From Candidatus Eiseniibacteriota bacterium (GTDB lineage: Bacteria > Eisenbacteria > RBG-16-71-46), in the NCBI GenBank assembly GCA_038231135.1, contig JBBRLX010000002.1, positions 64,001-128,000 of the forward strand: a stretch of 64,000 bases of DNA. The letters are read 5' to 3'. The position numbers and the translations under genes are program-made. Shown one piece after another: positions 10,901-19,210 of this stretch. Each line of letters begins with the position of its first letter. The stretch's first letter is position 1. Below the pieces are notes generated by a model. That model saw only the letters and a program-made list of their open reading frames with translations, had not been told where the DNA came from and did no database searches.

Positions 10901-11427
10901 ATCTGCGCCTTCATCTCGAGGATGTCCTGGCAGGTCTCGAGGATCAGCACGTCGGCGCCGCCCTCGATCAGGCCGCGCGCCTGCCCCTCGAACGCGGGGA
11001 TCAGGTCCTCGAGCCTCAGCTTGCCGAGATCCGGATCCTCGGACGACGGCAGGTAGCCGGACGGTCCCATCGAGCCGGCCACGAATCGCGGCCGGCCGTC
11101 GGCCTGCTCGAACCGGTCGGCGACCTTGCGCGCCGTGGCCGCCGCGGCCCGATTCAGCTCGAGCGTCTTGTCGCCGATCCCCCATTCCTCGAGCCGGGTC
11201 TGCGACGCCTGGAAGGAGTTGGTCTCGACGACGTCCGCGCCCGCTTCGAAGTAGTCGGCGTGGATCGCCTCGACGACGTCGGGGCGGGTCAGCGACAGGT
11301 AGTCGTTGCAGCCTTCCTTGCCGCCGAAGTCCTCGATCGTGAGGTTCCGGGCCTGGATCTGGGTGCCCATGCCGCCGTCGTAGAGCAGCACGCGCTGGCG
11401 GAGGGTCTCGAGCAGACGGCTCGTCAT
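7936..11427 (-). CDS. metH: Cobalamin-dependent methionine synthase
   Basis: DGGMGT, GLNC and GGCCGT Zn ligands, IGERLN pterin domain, GDVHDIGKNLV B12 motif, RYSFGYSACP activation domain. Confidence 0.97.
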   Translation of the reverse strand: MTSRLLETLRQRVLLYDGGMGTQIQARNLTIEDFGGKEGCNDYLSLTRPDVVEAIHADYFEAGADVVETNSFQASQTRLEEWGIGDKTLELNRAAAATARKVADRFEQADGRPRFVAGSMGPSGYLPSSEDPDLGKLRLEDLIPAFEGQARGLIEGGADVLILETCQDILEMKAQMLAARAAMAATGRRVPLQCSVTLDPTGRMLLGTDIRGALATLEAMGADIIGLNCSTGPDLMRDSVRYLSQNAGTPIHVIPNAGLPINDGGRTLYPMKPDPMAETLREFVVELGVNIVGGCCGTTPDHIRALAAAIGQRAPTPRPGRSGWYLSSGMTATSMRQEPAPMLIGERLNTQGSRRVKRLALEDRIEEMIPVAREQMEGGAHTLDVCMALTERTDEASQVRRLVKKLALSVEAPLVIDSTEANVIEEALKAYPGCALINSINMENGRERIDAVMPLVVRYGAAVIALTIDPTGMAKTADRKLEVARQIHDIVTNEYGLPPERLVFDDLTFTLATGDAEFLTSAVETIEGIRRIKAELPGVLTSLGVSNVSFGLGTEARAVLNSVFLYHCVQAGLDMAIVNPAHIDPYAEIAAEDKRLAEDLIFNRTPDALTNFIQHFEGRTSEGREKQEESELAAMTIEQRLHYQILHRKPGGIEALVDAAVKRQDPVVVLNTVLLPAMKEVGDKFGSGELILPFVLQSAEVMKRAVAQLENYLEKQDDVSKGRVVLATVYGDVHDIGKNLVKTILSNNGFTVFDLGKQVPVQKILDKAKEVDATAIGLSALLVSTSKQMPICVGELHRAGLKYPLLIGGAAINRNFGRRTALVDGEVFYSPGVFYCKDAFEGLDTMNELIDPEQRSAAVERSRKEAFEFKTQSSQLEARSAAASAQQRDFKVLVDRNVPVPSPPFWGARVTGTKDVSFAGMYAGIDLKTLYRLHWGARGSGAEYDRLIREDFEPRRLKLEREAEHKGWLKPAAVYGYFPVQSEGQDLVVFDPAAFTPNSLTPRGKIEEIVRFTFPRQDDREGLCLSDYFQPADSSRFDVLACQVVTVGPYVDELGAALDQRGEYAEALFVHGLGVSAAEGLAEWHHQKIRGELGLEPERGKRYSFGYSACPELADQAKLFKLLHPDTAIGVTLTSAYQLVPEASTSAIVVHHPAATYYMVKTT

Positions 11428-11653
11428 GGGGCATCCCTTGGAAACGTGGGGTTGGGGGCAGGCCGCTCGGGCCTGAGCTTCAGCAGGTTCGGGTAACCCG
11501 TAAGACTATCGGAGGCCCACCGGGCCTGCAAACCCGGGGCCGGGGACGGTCCGCGGGGCCGGGGTGCGGCCGGCGGCCGGCCGGTGTTAGTGTACAAGTG
11601 TAGATGTGCCGCGCCGCTCCGTGATTCACGCGAGTCACCATGACGGAGGCTTC

Positions 11654-12193
11654 ATGACGACCAATCCGATCGCAAGCTCGACCGTCACCAAGGCCCGGCT
11701 CTCGGATGTGCTGCTCGATGGACTGTTCGCCGGCATGATCGGGGCCGTCGTCGTGGCGGTGTGGTTCCTGGTGCTGGACCTGGCGCGCGGCCGGCCGCTG
11801 TGGACCCCGGCGCTGCTCGGCAACATGCTGCTGCACGGCAGCGCGGCCGCCCAGGCCGGCACGGCGGTCAATCCGCTGGAGGTGGCGGCCTACACCGCGT
11901 TCCACTTCCTCGCGTTCATCGTCGTGGGTGTCGCATTGTCCTACATGGTGACGCTGTTCGAGCGGTTCCCGATCATGTTCTTCGTGTTGCTCGTGCTGTT
12001 CGTGTGCCTGCAGGCCGGGTTCTTCGTATTCGACGCGGTGCTCGGCGCCGAGCTCATGCACCAGCTCGGCTCGTGGACGGTGGTCGTGGCGAACCTGCTC
12101 GCGGCCGGCAGCATGGCGTTCTACCTGTGGCGGCGCCACCCCAGCGTGCTGCGCGGCGTGGAACACCTGTGGGACGACGACCAGGACCAGTAG
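11654..12193 (+). CDS. Hypothetical integral membrane protein (about 4 TM)
   Basis: GGAGG RBS before ATG 11654; several hydrophobic helices. Confidence 0.75.
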   Translation: MTTNPIASSTVTKARLSDVLLDGLFAGMIGAVVVAVWFLVLDLARGRPLWTPALLGNMLLHGSAAAQAGTAVNPLEVAAYTAFHFLAFIVVGVALSYMVTLFERFPIMFFVLLVLFVCLQAGFFVFDAVLGAELMHQLGSWTVVVANLLAAGSMAFYLWRRHPSVLRGVEHLWDDDQDQ

Positions 12194-12212
12194 CGCGGGG
12201 AGGCGAACGGTA

Positions 12213-12923
12213 ATGGGATTTCTCGACGGCAAGGTCGCGCTGGTCACCGGCGGCAATCGGGGCATCGGCCGCGGCATCGCCGAGGGGCTGAGCCGTGAGG
12301 GCGCCACGGTCGTGCTCACGGCGCGCACCGCCGCGGCGGCGGACCAGGCGGCGAAGGAGATCGGCAACGACGCGATGGGCGTGGCGTGCGACGTGCGCTC
12401 CCACGAGCTGGTGCAGCGGCTGTTCGCCGAGGCCGCGCGCCGGCATGGCGGCGTCGACATCCTCGTGAACAACGCGGGCGTCGGGGTGTTCGGGCCGGTG
12501 GCCGACATGGACCCCGAGGACTGGCGCGCCACGATCGAGACGAACCTGAACGGCGTGTTCTACTGCTGCCGCGAGGCCATTCCCCAGATGAAGCAGCGCG
12601 GCGGCGGCTACATCTTCAACATCAGCTCGCTGGCCGGCAAGAACCCCATGCTGAACGCCGCGGCGTACAACGCCAGCAAGTTCGGGCTCAACGGCTTCAG
12701 CGAGGCGCTGATGATGGAGGTGCGGTACGACGGCATCCGCGTGTCGTACCTGATGCCGGGCAGCGTCGCGACCGAATTCGGGCGCGGCACGGCGGTCAAG
12801 TCCGACTGGGCGCTCACGCCCGCGGACGTGTCGGACGTGGTGCTGGATCTGCTGCGCTCCCCCGCCCGGGCGCTCTACAGCCGCGTCGAGATGCGGCCCA
12901 GCCGTCCGCCACGCAAGACGTGA
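12213..12923 (+). CDS. Short-chain dehydrogenase/reductase
   Basis: TGGNRGIG, NNAG, YNASK catalytic motif. Confidence 0.93.
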   Translation: MGFLDGKVALVTGGNRGIGRGIAEGLSREGATVVLTARTAAAADQAAKEIGNDAMGVACDVRSHELVQRLFAEAARRHGGVDILVNNAGVGVFGPVADMDPEDWRATIETNLNGVFYCCREAIPQMKQRGGGYIFNISSLAGKNPMLNAAAYNASKFGLNGFSEALMMEVRYDGIRVSYLMPGSVATEFGRGTAVKSDWALTPADVSDVVLDLLRSPARALYSRVEMRPSRPPRKT

Positions 12924-13113
12924 ACTCCGGGGCTCACCCCGCGCCGGCGGCGGCGTACCCGCGCCCGTCGAATCGGCGTTGAGCCCGGGGGACGAGTCCG
13001 GTAACGTCTCCGCCGTTCCCTTGCACACCGTCCGTCGGTCCTCCCGTGCCTCACGCGGAGGTGGCCGTTCGCGTGCCCCGATGCCGGCGCACCGTTTTTC
13101 AGGAGGATGCCCA

Positions 13114-15192
13114 GTGAGACCCGTCCGAGGATTCGCCGTTGCACTGCTCGCCGCCGGCATGTGCGCCGCGGCGGCGCAGGCCGCCACGACCCCGACCGCC
13201 CGGCCTTTGGCCACGAAAGCGAAAGGATCCATGACCCAGACCGAGACCGCGTCCAGTGCACCGTTTTGGACCGGCAATCCCGGCCCGGAGGCGTTCCGCG
13301 CCGCCCAGGAGGAGCGCCTCGACCGCGCGCGCGCGCTGATCGCGAAGCTGGCCGCCTCGAAGCCCCCGTACACCGTCGAGACCACGCTGCGCGTGTTCGA
13401 CAACGCGCAGCTCGAGCTCGACGCCGTCGGCGCGCAATCGTCGCTGATGGAGAACGTGCATCCCGATTCCGCACTCCGCACCGCGGCCGAGAAGCTGTCG
13501 CAGGAAGCCTCGGCGCTGGGCACCGATCTGTCGCTGAACCACAAGGTGTACGAGGCGCTATCGGCGATCCCGACCACGGGCCTCGACGCCGAGACGAAGT
13601 ACTACGTCGAGAAGACGCTGCGCGACTTCCGGCTGTCGGGTGTCGACAAGGACGACTCGACCCGCGCGCGGATCAAGGCGCTGAACGACGAGCTGGTGGT
13701 GATCGGGCAGGAGTTCGCGCGCAACATCCGCGAGGACAAGCGCCCATTCACGTGGGACGCCACCGACCTGGCGGGCCTCCCGGACGATTTCGTCACCCGC
13801 CACAAGGCCGACGCGCAGGGCAAGGTGACGCTGACGGTCGACTATCCCGACGCGGTGCCGGTGTTCAGCTACGCGAAGAGTGAGGCGCTGCGCAAAAAGA
13901 TGTTCATGGAGTACAACAATCGCGCGTTCCCGAAGAACATGGACGTGCTGACGCGCATGATCGGACGGCGCCACGAGCTGGCGACGCTGCTCGGGTTCAC
14001 GAACTGGGCCGACTACACCACTGCGAACAAGATGGTCGGCACCGCGAAGAACGCCCGTGACTTCATCGACAAGATCGTGGACGCGTCGAAGGAGCGCGCG
14101 GCGGCGGACTACACCGTGCTGCTCGCCCGCAAGCAGAAGGACGTGCCGGACGCGAAGGTCGTCAACGCGTGGGAGACGTCCTACTACAACGAGCTGGTGA
14201 AGAAGTCCGACTACAATTTCGACTCGCAGAAGATGCGGCCGTACCTGCCGTACGACGAGGTGAAGCAGGGCGTGCTCGATCTCGCGAGCCGCATGTTCAC
14301 CGTGACGTTCAAGCGCGTGCCGGACGCGCCGGTGTGGGACAAGTCGGTCGAGTGCTACGAGATGTGGGACGGCGGCAAGCTCGCGGGGCGGTTCTACCTC
14401 GACATGCATCCGCGCGCGGACAAGTACAACCACGCGGCGCAGTTCGACGTCCGCACCGGCCTCAAGGGCCGCCAGATTCCGGAGGCCGCGCTGATCTGCA
14501 ACTTCCCGGGTGGCGATCCCGGCGAGCCGGGGCTGATGGAGATCAGCGACGCGACCACGTTCTTCCACGAGTTCGGCCACCTGCTGCACTCGCTGTTCGC
14601 GGGCCAGCACCAGTGGATCGGCACCGGCGGCATCCGCACCGAGCAGGACTTCGTCGAGGCCCCGTCGCAGCTGCTCGAGGAGTGGATGAAGGACGGCAAG
14701 GTGCTGCAGACGTTCGCGCGCCAGTACCAGACGCACGAGCCGATTCCCATGGAGCTGGTGCAGCAGATGAAGCGCGCGAACGAGTTCGGCAAGGGGCTCG
14801 GCGTGCGCCGCCAGATGGTGTACGCGAACACCTCGCTGTCCTACTACGATCGCGACCCGGCCCAGGTGGATCTCGACGGCACGATCAAGCAGCTCACCCA
14901 GGAGTATCAGCCGTTCCCGTTCGTCGACGGCACGCACTTCGAGTGCTCGTTCGGCCACCTCGACGGCTATTCGGCCGTGTACTACACGTACATGTGGTCA
15001 CTGGTGATCGCGAAGGACATGTTCAGCGCGTTCGACAAGTCGAACCTGCTCGATCCCAAGGTGCCGACGCGGTACCGGCAGATCGTGCTGGCTCCGGGCG
15101 GCTCGATGCCCGCGGCGCAGCTCGTCCAGACGTTCCTCGGCCGGCCGTTCGGCTTCGAGTCCTACCGGGCATGGCTGAACGAGGCGAATTGA
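13114..15192 (+). CDS. Secreted M3-family metallopeptidase (thimet oligopeptidase-like)
   Basis: AGGAGG RBS before GTG 13114; signal peptide; FYLDMHPR, FHEFGH, DFVEAPSQ, GYSAVYYTYMWS. Confidence 0.92.
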   Translation: MRPVRGFAVALLAAGMCAAAAQAATTPTARPLATKAKGSMTQTETASSAPFWTGNPGPEAFRAAQEERLDRARALIAKLAASKPPYTVETTLRVFDNAQLELDAVGAQSSLMENVHPDSALRTAAEKLSQEASALGTDLSLNHKVYEALSAIPTTGLDAETKYYVEKTLRDFRLSGVDKDDSTRARIKALNDELVVIGQEFARNIREDKRPFTWDATDLAGLPDDFVTRHKADAQGKVTLTVDYPDAVPVFSYAKSEALRKKMFMEYNNRAFPKNMDVLTRMIGRRHELATLLGFTNWADYTTANKMVGTAKNARDFIDKIVDASKERAAADYTVLLARKQKDVPDAKVVNAWETSYYNELVKKSDYNFDSQKMRPYLPYDEVKQGVLDLASRMFTVTFKRVPDAPVWDKSVECYEMWDGGKLAGRFYLDMHPRADKYNHAAQFDVRTGLKGRQIPEAALICNFPGGDPGEPGLMEISDATTFFHEFGHLLHSLFAGQHQWIGTGGIRTEQDFVEAPSQLLEEWMKDGKVLQTFARQYQTHEPIPMELVQQMKRANEFGKGLGVRRQMVYANTSLSYYDRDPAQVDLDGTIKQLTQEYQPFPFVDGTHFECSFGHLDGYSAVYYTYMWSLVIAKDMFSAFDKSNLLDPKVPTRYRQIVLAPGGSMPAAQLVQTFLGRPFGFESYRAWLNEAN

Positions 15193-15230
15193 TGTAGCGC
15201 CGCCGGCTTGCCGGCGGCCGTATCGATACG

Positions 15231-15270
15231 ACGAAGCCGCGCGACCGAACCATGGGTCGCGCGGCTTCGT
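15231..15270. terminator. Perfect 16-bp hairpin between convergent genes, probable bidirectional terminator
   Basis: acgaagccgcgcgacc-(8 nt)-ggtcgcgcggcttcgt; no U-tract. Confidence 0.65.
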
Positions 15271-15294
15271 GCATGGCGCCGACGGCGCGTCGCG

Positions 15295-16371
15295 TCAGCC
15301 CGCCGCCTTGCTGCTCTCCCCCGGCCTCACGGTGCCTGCCAGCTCATCGGCGTGGAACGACGAGCGCACCAGCGGCCCCGAGGCGACGCTCTCGAAGCCC
15401 ATCGCCTCGGCCTGGTCGCGCCAGTAGGCGAACCGGTCGGGATGGACGTACTCCACGACGGGCAGGTGCTGCGGCGACGGCCGCAGGTACTGGCCGATCG
15501 TGAGCAGGTCGCAGCCGTGGGCGACCAGGTGCTCGAGCGTGAGCATCAGCTCGTCGTGCGTCTCGCCGAGGCCTAGCATGATCCCCGACTTGGTCTTGAT
15601 GCCGGCGCCGCTCTGCTTCACGCGCTGAAGCAGCTCGAGCGAGCGCGAGTAGCGCGCGCTGGGGCGCACCAGCGGGTGCAGCCGCTCCACGGTCTCGATG
15701 TTGTGGTTGATCACCTCGGGTCGCGCGTCGATCACGCGCTCGAGGTCGTCGGCGTGGCCGCGGAAGTCCGGGATCAGCACTTCGATCACGGTGGTCGAGC
15801 GGCGGCGGATCTCGCGGATCACGTGGGCGAAGATCGTGCTGCCGCCGTCGGCGAGATCGTCGCGCGCCACCGACGTGATCACCGTGTGCCGGAGGCCCAT
15901 GCCCGCCACCGCTTCACCGACGCGGCGCGGCTCGTCCCAGTCGACGTAGCCGTTGGGCCGGCCCGGCGCCACGGCGCAGAATCCGCAGCGACGTGTGCAC
16001 AGGTCGCCGAGGATCATGATCGTCGCGGTGCCGCGCGACCAGCAATGGCCGAGGTTCGGGCAGCGCGCCTCCTCGCACACGGTGACGAGCCGCTGGGACC
16101 GCAGCAGCGCCTTGGTCTCGGCGTATTCGCCCGCGCCCGGCAGCTTCACCTTGAGCCATTCCGGCAGCCGGCGATGCCCGCCCGCGGCCGCCGCGTCGGC
16201 GCCGATCCCCGCCCCCGAGCCCGACGCGCAGCCGCGCGTGCGCGGCGCCACCGGCAGGCGCTGCGGCACCGCGGGCCGCGGCGCGCCGTACACGCGGATC
16301 TCGGGATGGGCTCCGGCGGCCGCCGGAGCCGGCGCAGCGGAGGCGTTCAGGATCGGGAGTTCGTCACTCAT
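15295..16371 (-). CDS. lipA: Lipoyl synthase
   Basis: CEEARCPNLGHC auxiliary cluster motif, CTRRCGFC radical-SAM motif, RSSFHA. Confidence 0.96.
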   Translation of the reverse strand: MSDELPILNASAAPAPAAAGAHPEIRVYGAPRPAVPQRLPVAPRTRGCASGSGAGIGADAAAAGGHRRLPEWLKVKLPGAGEYAETKALLRSQRLVTVCEEARCPNLGHCWSRGTATIMILGDLCTRRCGFCAVAPGRPNGYVDWDEPRRVGEAVAGMGLRHTVITSVARDDLADGGSTIFAHVIREIRRRSTTVIEVLIPDFRGHADDLERVIDARPEVINHNIETVERLHPLVRPSARYSRSLELLQRVKQSGAGIKTKSGIMLGLGETHDELMLTLEHLVAHGCDLLTIGQYLRPSPQHLPVVEYVHPDRFAYWRDQAEAMGFESVASGPLVRSSFHADELAGTVRPGESSKAAG

Positions 16372-16375
16372 TCTT

Positions 16376-17536
16376 TCAGTCCTTCGCCATGGAGCCGGGC
16401 GTGATGTCGCCGGTGCCCTTGAGCGCCAGCATGCGATCGAGCGCGATGCGCGCGTCGCGGCGGATGTCGTCGGGCACGCGGACCGGGTTCACGACGTGCC
16501 CGGCGGCGAGGTTCTCGAGCGTCCACAGCAGGTGCGCGGGATCGATGCGGTTCATGGTCGCGCACGGGCACACGTTCTTCTGCAGCGAGCGGATGTGCTG
16601 GCCGGGATGCTCCGCCGCCAGCCGGTGGACCAGGTTGATCTCGGTGCCGATCGCCCACGACGCGCCGGCCGGCGCGCGCTCGACCTGCTCGATGATGAAT
16701 TCGGTCGAGCCCACGAGGTCGGCGTTCTGCACCACGTCGTACGGACATTCGGGATGGACCAGCACCTTCACCGCGGGATCGGCGGCCCGGATCTCGTCGA
16801 TCTGGCGGCGTGAGAACTTGGTGTGCACCGAGCAGAACCCGCGCCACAGGATGATGCGCGTCTCCGGGCGGAACGCGCGGGCGTTCACGCCGTCGAGGTC
16901 CTCGACGCGGAAGTCCCACTCCGCCATGTGGTCGAGCGGCACGCCCATCGCGCTCGCGGTGTTGCGGCCCAGGTGCTGGTCGGGGAAGAAGAACACGCGC
17001 GGCTTGCGCGCCCACGCCCACTCGAGCACCGAGCGCGCGTTGGACGACGTGCACACCACGCCGCCGCGGGCGCCGCAAAACGCCTTGAGCGCGGCGGTCG
17101 AGTTCATGTAGGTGATCGGGACGATGGTGTCGCCGTGGACCGCGGTGAGCCGGTCCCACGCCTCTTCCACGTCCTCGATGATCGCCATGTCGGCCATCGA
17201 GCAGCCGGCCTTCATGTCGGGCAGGATCACGGTCTGGTGCGGCTGCCGCAGCACGTCGGCCGATTCGGCCATGAAATGCACGCCGCAGAACACGATGAAC
17301 TCGGCGTCGGGCTGGCCGGCGGCGAGCTGCGCCAGCTTGAACGAGTCGCCGCGCACGTCCGCGAACTCGATCACGCTGTCGCGCTGGTAGTGATGCCCGA
17401 GCACGACGACCCGCTTGCCCAGCGCGCGGCGCGCGGCCCGCGTGCGCTCGCGAATCTCGTCGGCCGCCAGCGTGGCGTAGTCCGAGAACGGGCGGGCGCC
17501 CGGGGCGGGAGGTGCCGTGACGGTGAGCGGGGACAT
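16376..17536 (-). CDS. nadA: Quinolinate synthase A
   Basis: GHHYQR, FCGVHFMAE, AGCSMAD, CSVH, HPEC, CPCATMNRI. Confidence 0.96.
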   Translation of the reverse strand: MSPLTVTAPPAPGARPFSDYATLAADEIRERTRAARRALGKRVVVLGHHYQRDSVIEFADVRGDSFKLAQLAAGQPDAEFIVFCGVHFMAESADVLRQPHQTVILPDMKAGCSMADMAIIEDVEEAWDRLTAVHGDTIVPITYMNSTAALKAFCGARGGVVCTSSNARSVLEWAWARKPRVFFFPDQHLGRNTASAMGVPLDHMAEWDFRVEDLDGVNARAFRPETRIILWRGFCSVHTKFSRRQIDEIRAADPAVKVLVHPECPYDVVQNADLVGSTEFIIEQVERAPAGASWAIGTEINLVHRLAAEHPGQHIRSLQKNVCPCATMNRIDPAHLLWTLENLAAGHVVNPVRVPDDIRRDARIALDRMLALKGTGDITPGSMAKD

Positions 17537-17547
17537 GCCGGGCTCCG

Positions 17548-17988
17548 TCAGTCGAGCTTGCCGGGCACCGGACGCCGCGACGCGAAGCCGCCGTCGAGCG
17601 TGTGCCAGTGCTTCACGTCGGTCTCACCCATCAGCCAGCACAGGAAGATCAGGCGGTCGCCCTTGAGTGAGTAGAAATCGACGAGGCCACGCTCGAGATC
17701 CTTCACGATGCAGCCGCGGCGATGAATGCGCTCGACGCCGTGCCGGATCCGGTCCGCCAGCGCGTCGCGGCGCGCCAGCTGCGCCGTGAGCTCGTGGGCG
17801 TCGGGGTTGTCCGCGCTGGCGCCGGCGATCGCGAGCTGCAACACGTCGATCCGCGACTCCACGCGGCCGAGTTCGCGCCGCGCCTGGACCATGGCCTCCA
17901 ACTCCGGCTGGATCTCCTCCGCGGTGCGGTTCGCCTCGTCGACGGTGAACAGCGTGAGCTTGACCCGCCGCCGGTCAGTGTCCGCCAC
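17548..17988 (-). CDS. DUF2203-like protein
   Basis: FTVDEAN, coiled coil, GCIVKDLERGLVDF, FLCWLMGE, HWHTLDGGFASR; GTG start overlaps the iscA stop. Confidence 0.8.
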   Translation of the reverse strand: MADTDRRRVKLTLFTVDEANRTAEEIQPELEAMVQARRELGRVESRIDVLQLAIAGASADNPDAHELTAQLARRDALADRIRHGVERIHRRGCIVKDLERGLVDFYSLKGDRLIFLCWLMGETDVKHWHTLDGGFASRRPVPGKLD

Positions 17989-18379
17989 AGCCACAACCCC
18001 CGCCGCCACAGCCGCAACCCCCGCCCGCATGCGAGTGGGGTTCAGCCGGCGCTTCGTCCGTCTGGAACGAGCGTCCGCAGCCGCAGCCGCTCGATGCCTT
18101 GGGGTTTGTGATCGTGAAACCGGACGCCTGCAGCGTCTCGACGTAGTCGATCTTCGCGCCGTCGAGGAACGTGGCGCTCTGCGGATCGACGAGCACCCGG
18201 ATGCCGCCGAACTCGCCGACCCAGTCGCCGGCTTCCGCCTGCGGGGCCAGCATCATTCCGTATTCGTAGCCCGAACAACCGCCGGCGTGAACCGCCACGC
18301 GCAGCCCGAACACCGGCTCGGTCTGCTGGGCGATGACTTCGACGATCTTGCGGGTCGCGGTATCGGTCACCGTAATCAT
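17975..18379 (-). CDS. iscA: A-type Fe-S cluster carrier (IscA/ErpA/HesB family) with Cys/Gly/His tail
   Basis: AGGCSGYEY and NPKASSGCGCGRSF; AGGAG RBS before ATG 18379. Confidence 0.9.
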   Translation of the reverse strand: MITVTDTATRKIVEVIAQQTEPVFGLRVAVHAGGCSGYEYGMMLAPQAEAGDWVGEFGGIRVLVDPQSATFLDGAKIDYVETLQASGFTITNPKASSGCGCGRSFQTDEAPAEPHSHAGGGCGCGGGGCGCGGH

Positions 18380-18401
18380 GAGAACTGTCTCCTGATGAGT
18401 T

Positions 18402-19130
18402 TCACGCTGCCGAGCCCCGGAACTCCACGACGCCGGCGATCGGGCGGACCCGTTCCCGCGGCAGCCATTGAAGCGGGTCGAAGCCAAATTCGCCGGCGAA
18501 TTCGCGGGCGACCTGCTCCCGAACCTGTTCCAGGCCCGGCGTTTGCGTTCCTTGCGCTGCACAGCAGGCCGCCAGCGACGTCATGCGCACGCCGCGCAGC
18601 CCGCAAGGGTGGATGAGATCGAAGTCGGCCAGATCGGGCGCTACGTTGAGGGCGAAACCATGATAGCTGACCCAGCGCCGGACCGCGATTCCGATGGACG
18701 CGATCTTGTCGTCGCCCACCCAGACGCCGGTATTGCGGGCCGATCGCCCGGCCACGATGCCGTACGCGGCAAGCGCCTGGATCAGTACTTGTTCGATGCC
18801 CCGCAGGTACTTGTGGAGGTCCCGTCCTCGTGAGTTCAGGTCGAGAATCGGGTACCCGACGAGCTGCCCCGGGCCGTGCCAGGTGACGTCGCCGCCCCGG
18901 GCCACCTCGAACACCTCGATGCCGCGGGCGCTCAGGGTCGCGGGGCTCGCCAGGAGCGCCCCCGCGCTCGGATTCCGGCCCACGGTGAGCACCGGGGGGT
19001 GGTCCGGAAACAGCAGCCAGTCCCCGGTGTCCCCGGCCGCACGGGCCTGTACGAGGCCCTCCTGCAGCTCGAGGCCGTCCCGGTAGGAAGTGGGACCCAG
19101 ATGACAGGCATGGAGCGTGGTCACAGACAC
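18402..19130 (-). CDS. lipB: Octanoyltransferase
   Basis: HPPVLTVGR, RGGDVTWHGPGQLVGYP, KIASIG, HGFALN, PCG. Confidence 0.95.
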   Translation of the reverse strand: MSVTTLHACHLGPTSYRDGLELQEGLVQARAAGDTGDWLLFPDHPPVLTVGRNPSAGALLASPATLSARGIEVFEVARGGDVTWHGPGQLVGYPILDLNSRGRDLHKYLRGIEQVLIQALAAYGIVAGRSARNTGVWVGDDKIASIGIAVRRWVSYHGFALNVAPDLADFDLIHPCGLRGVRMTSLAACCAAQGTQTPGLEQVREQVAREFAGEFGFDPLQWLPRERVRPIAGVVEFRGSAA

Positions 19131-19148
19131 GAGCCTATCACCGGCCGC

Positions 19149-19182
19149 AAAAAACCGGGCCGCCCGGAGCCCTGGCCCCGGT
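19149..19182 (-). terminator. Probable intrinsic terminator after the E2 gene
   Basis: Imperfect GC-rich hairpin followed by U6 on the minus strand (aaaaaa on +). Confidence 0.5.
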
Positions 19183-19210
19183 CATCACCGCCCGATCGTG
19201 ACCGGCCGGC

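Noticed and set aside
7855..11496. 1213-aa + strand ORF and 1177-aa alternate-frame ORF over metH
   Set aside because: Shadow ORFs caused by high GC3; no motifs; metH explains the region
11428..11653. SAM, SAH or cobalamin riboswitch upstream of metH
   Set aside because: No recognisable consensus by eye on the minus strand; an Rfam scan would be needed to exclude it fully
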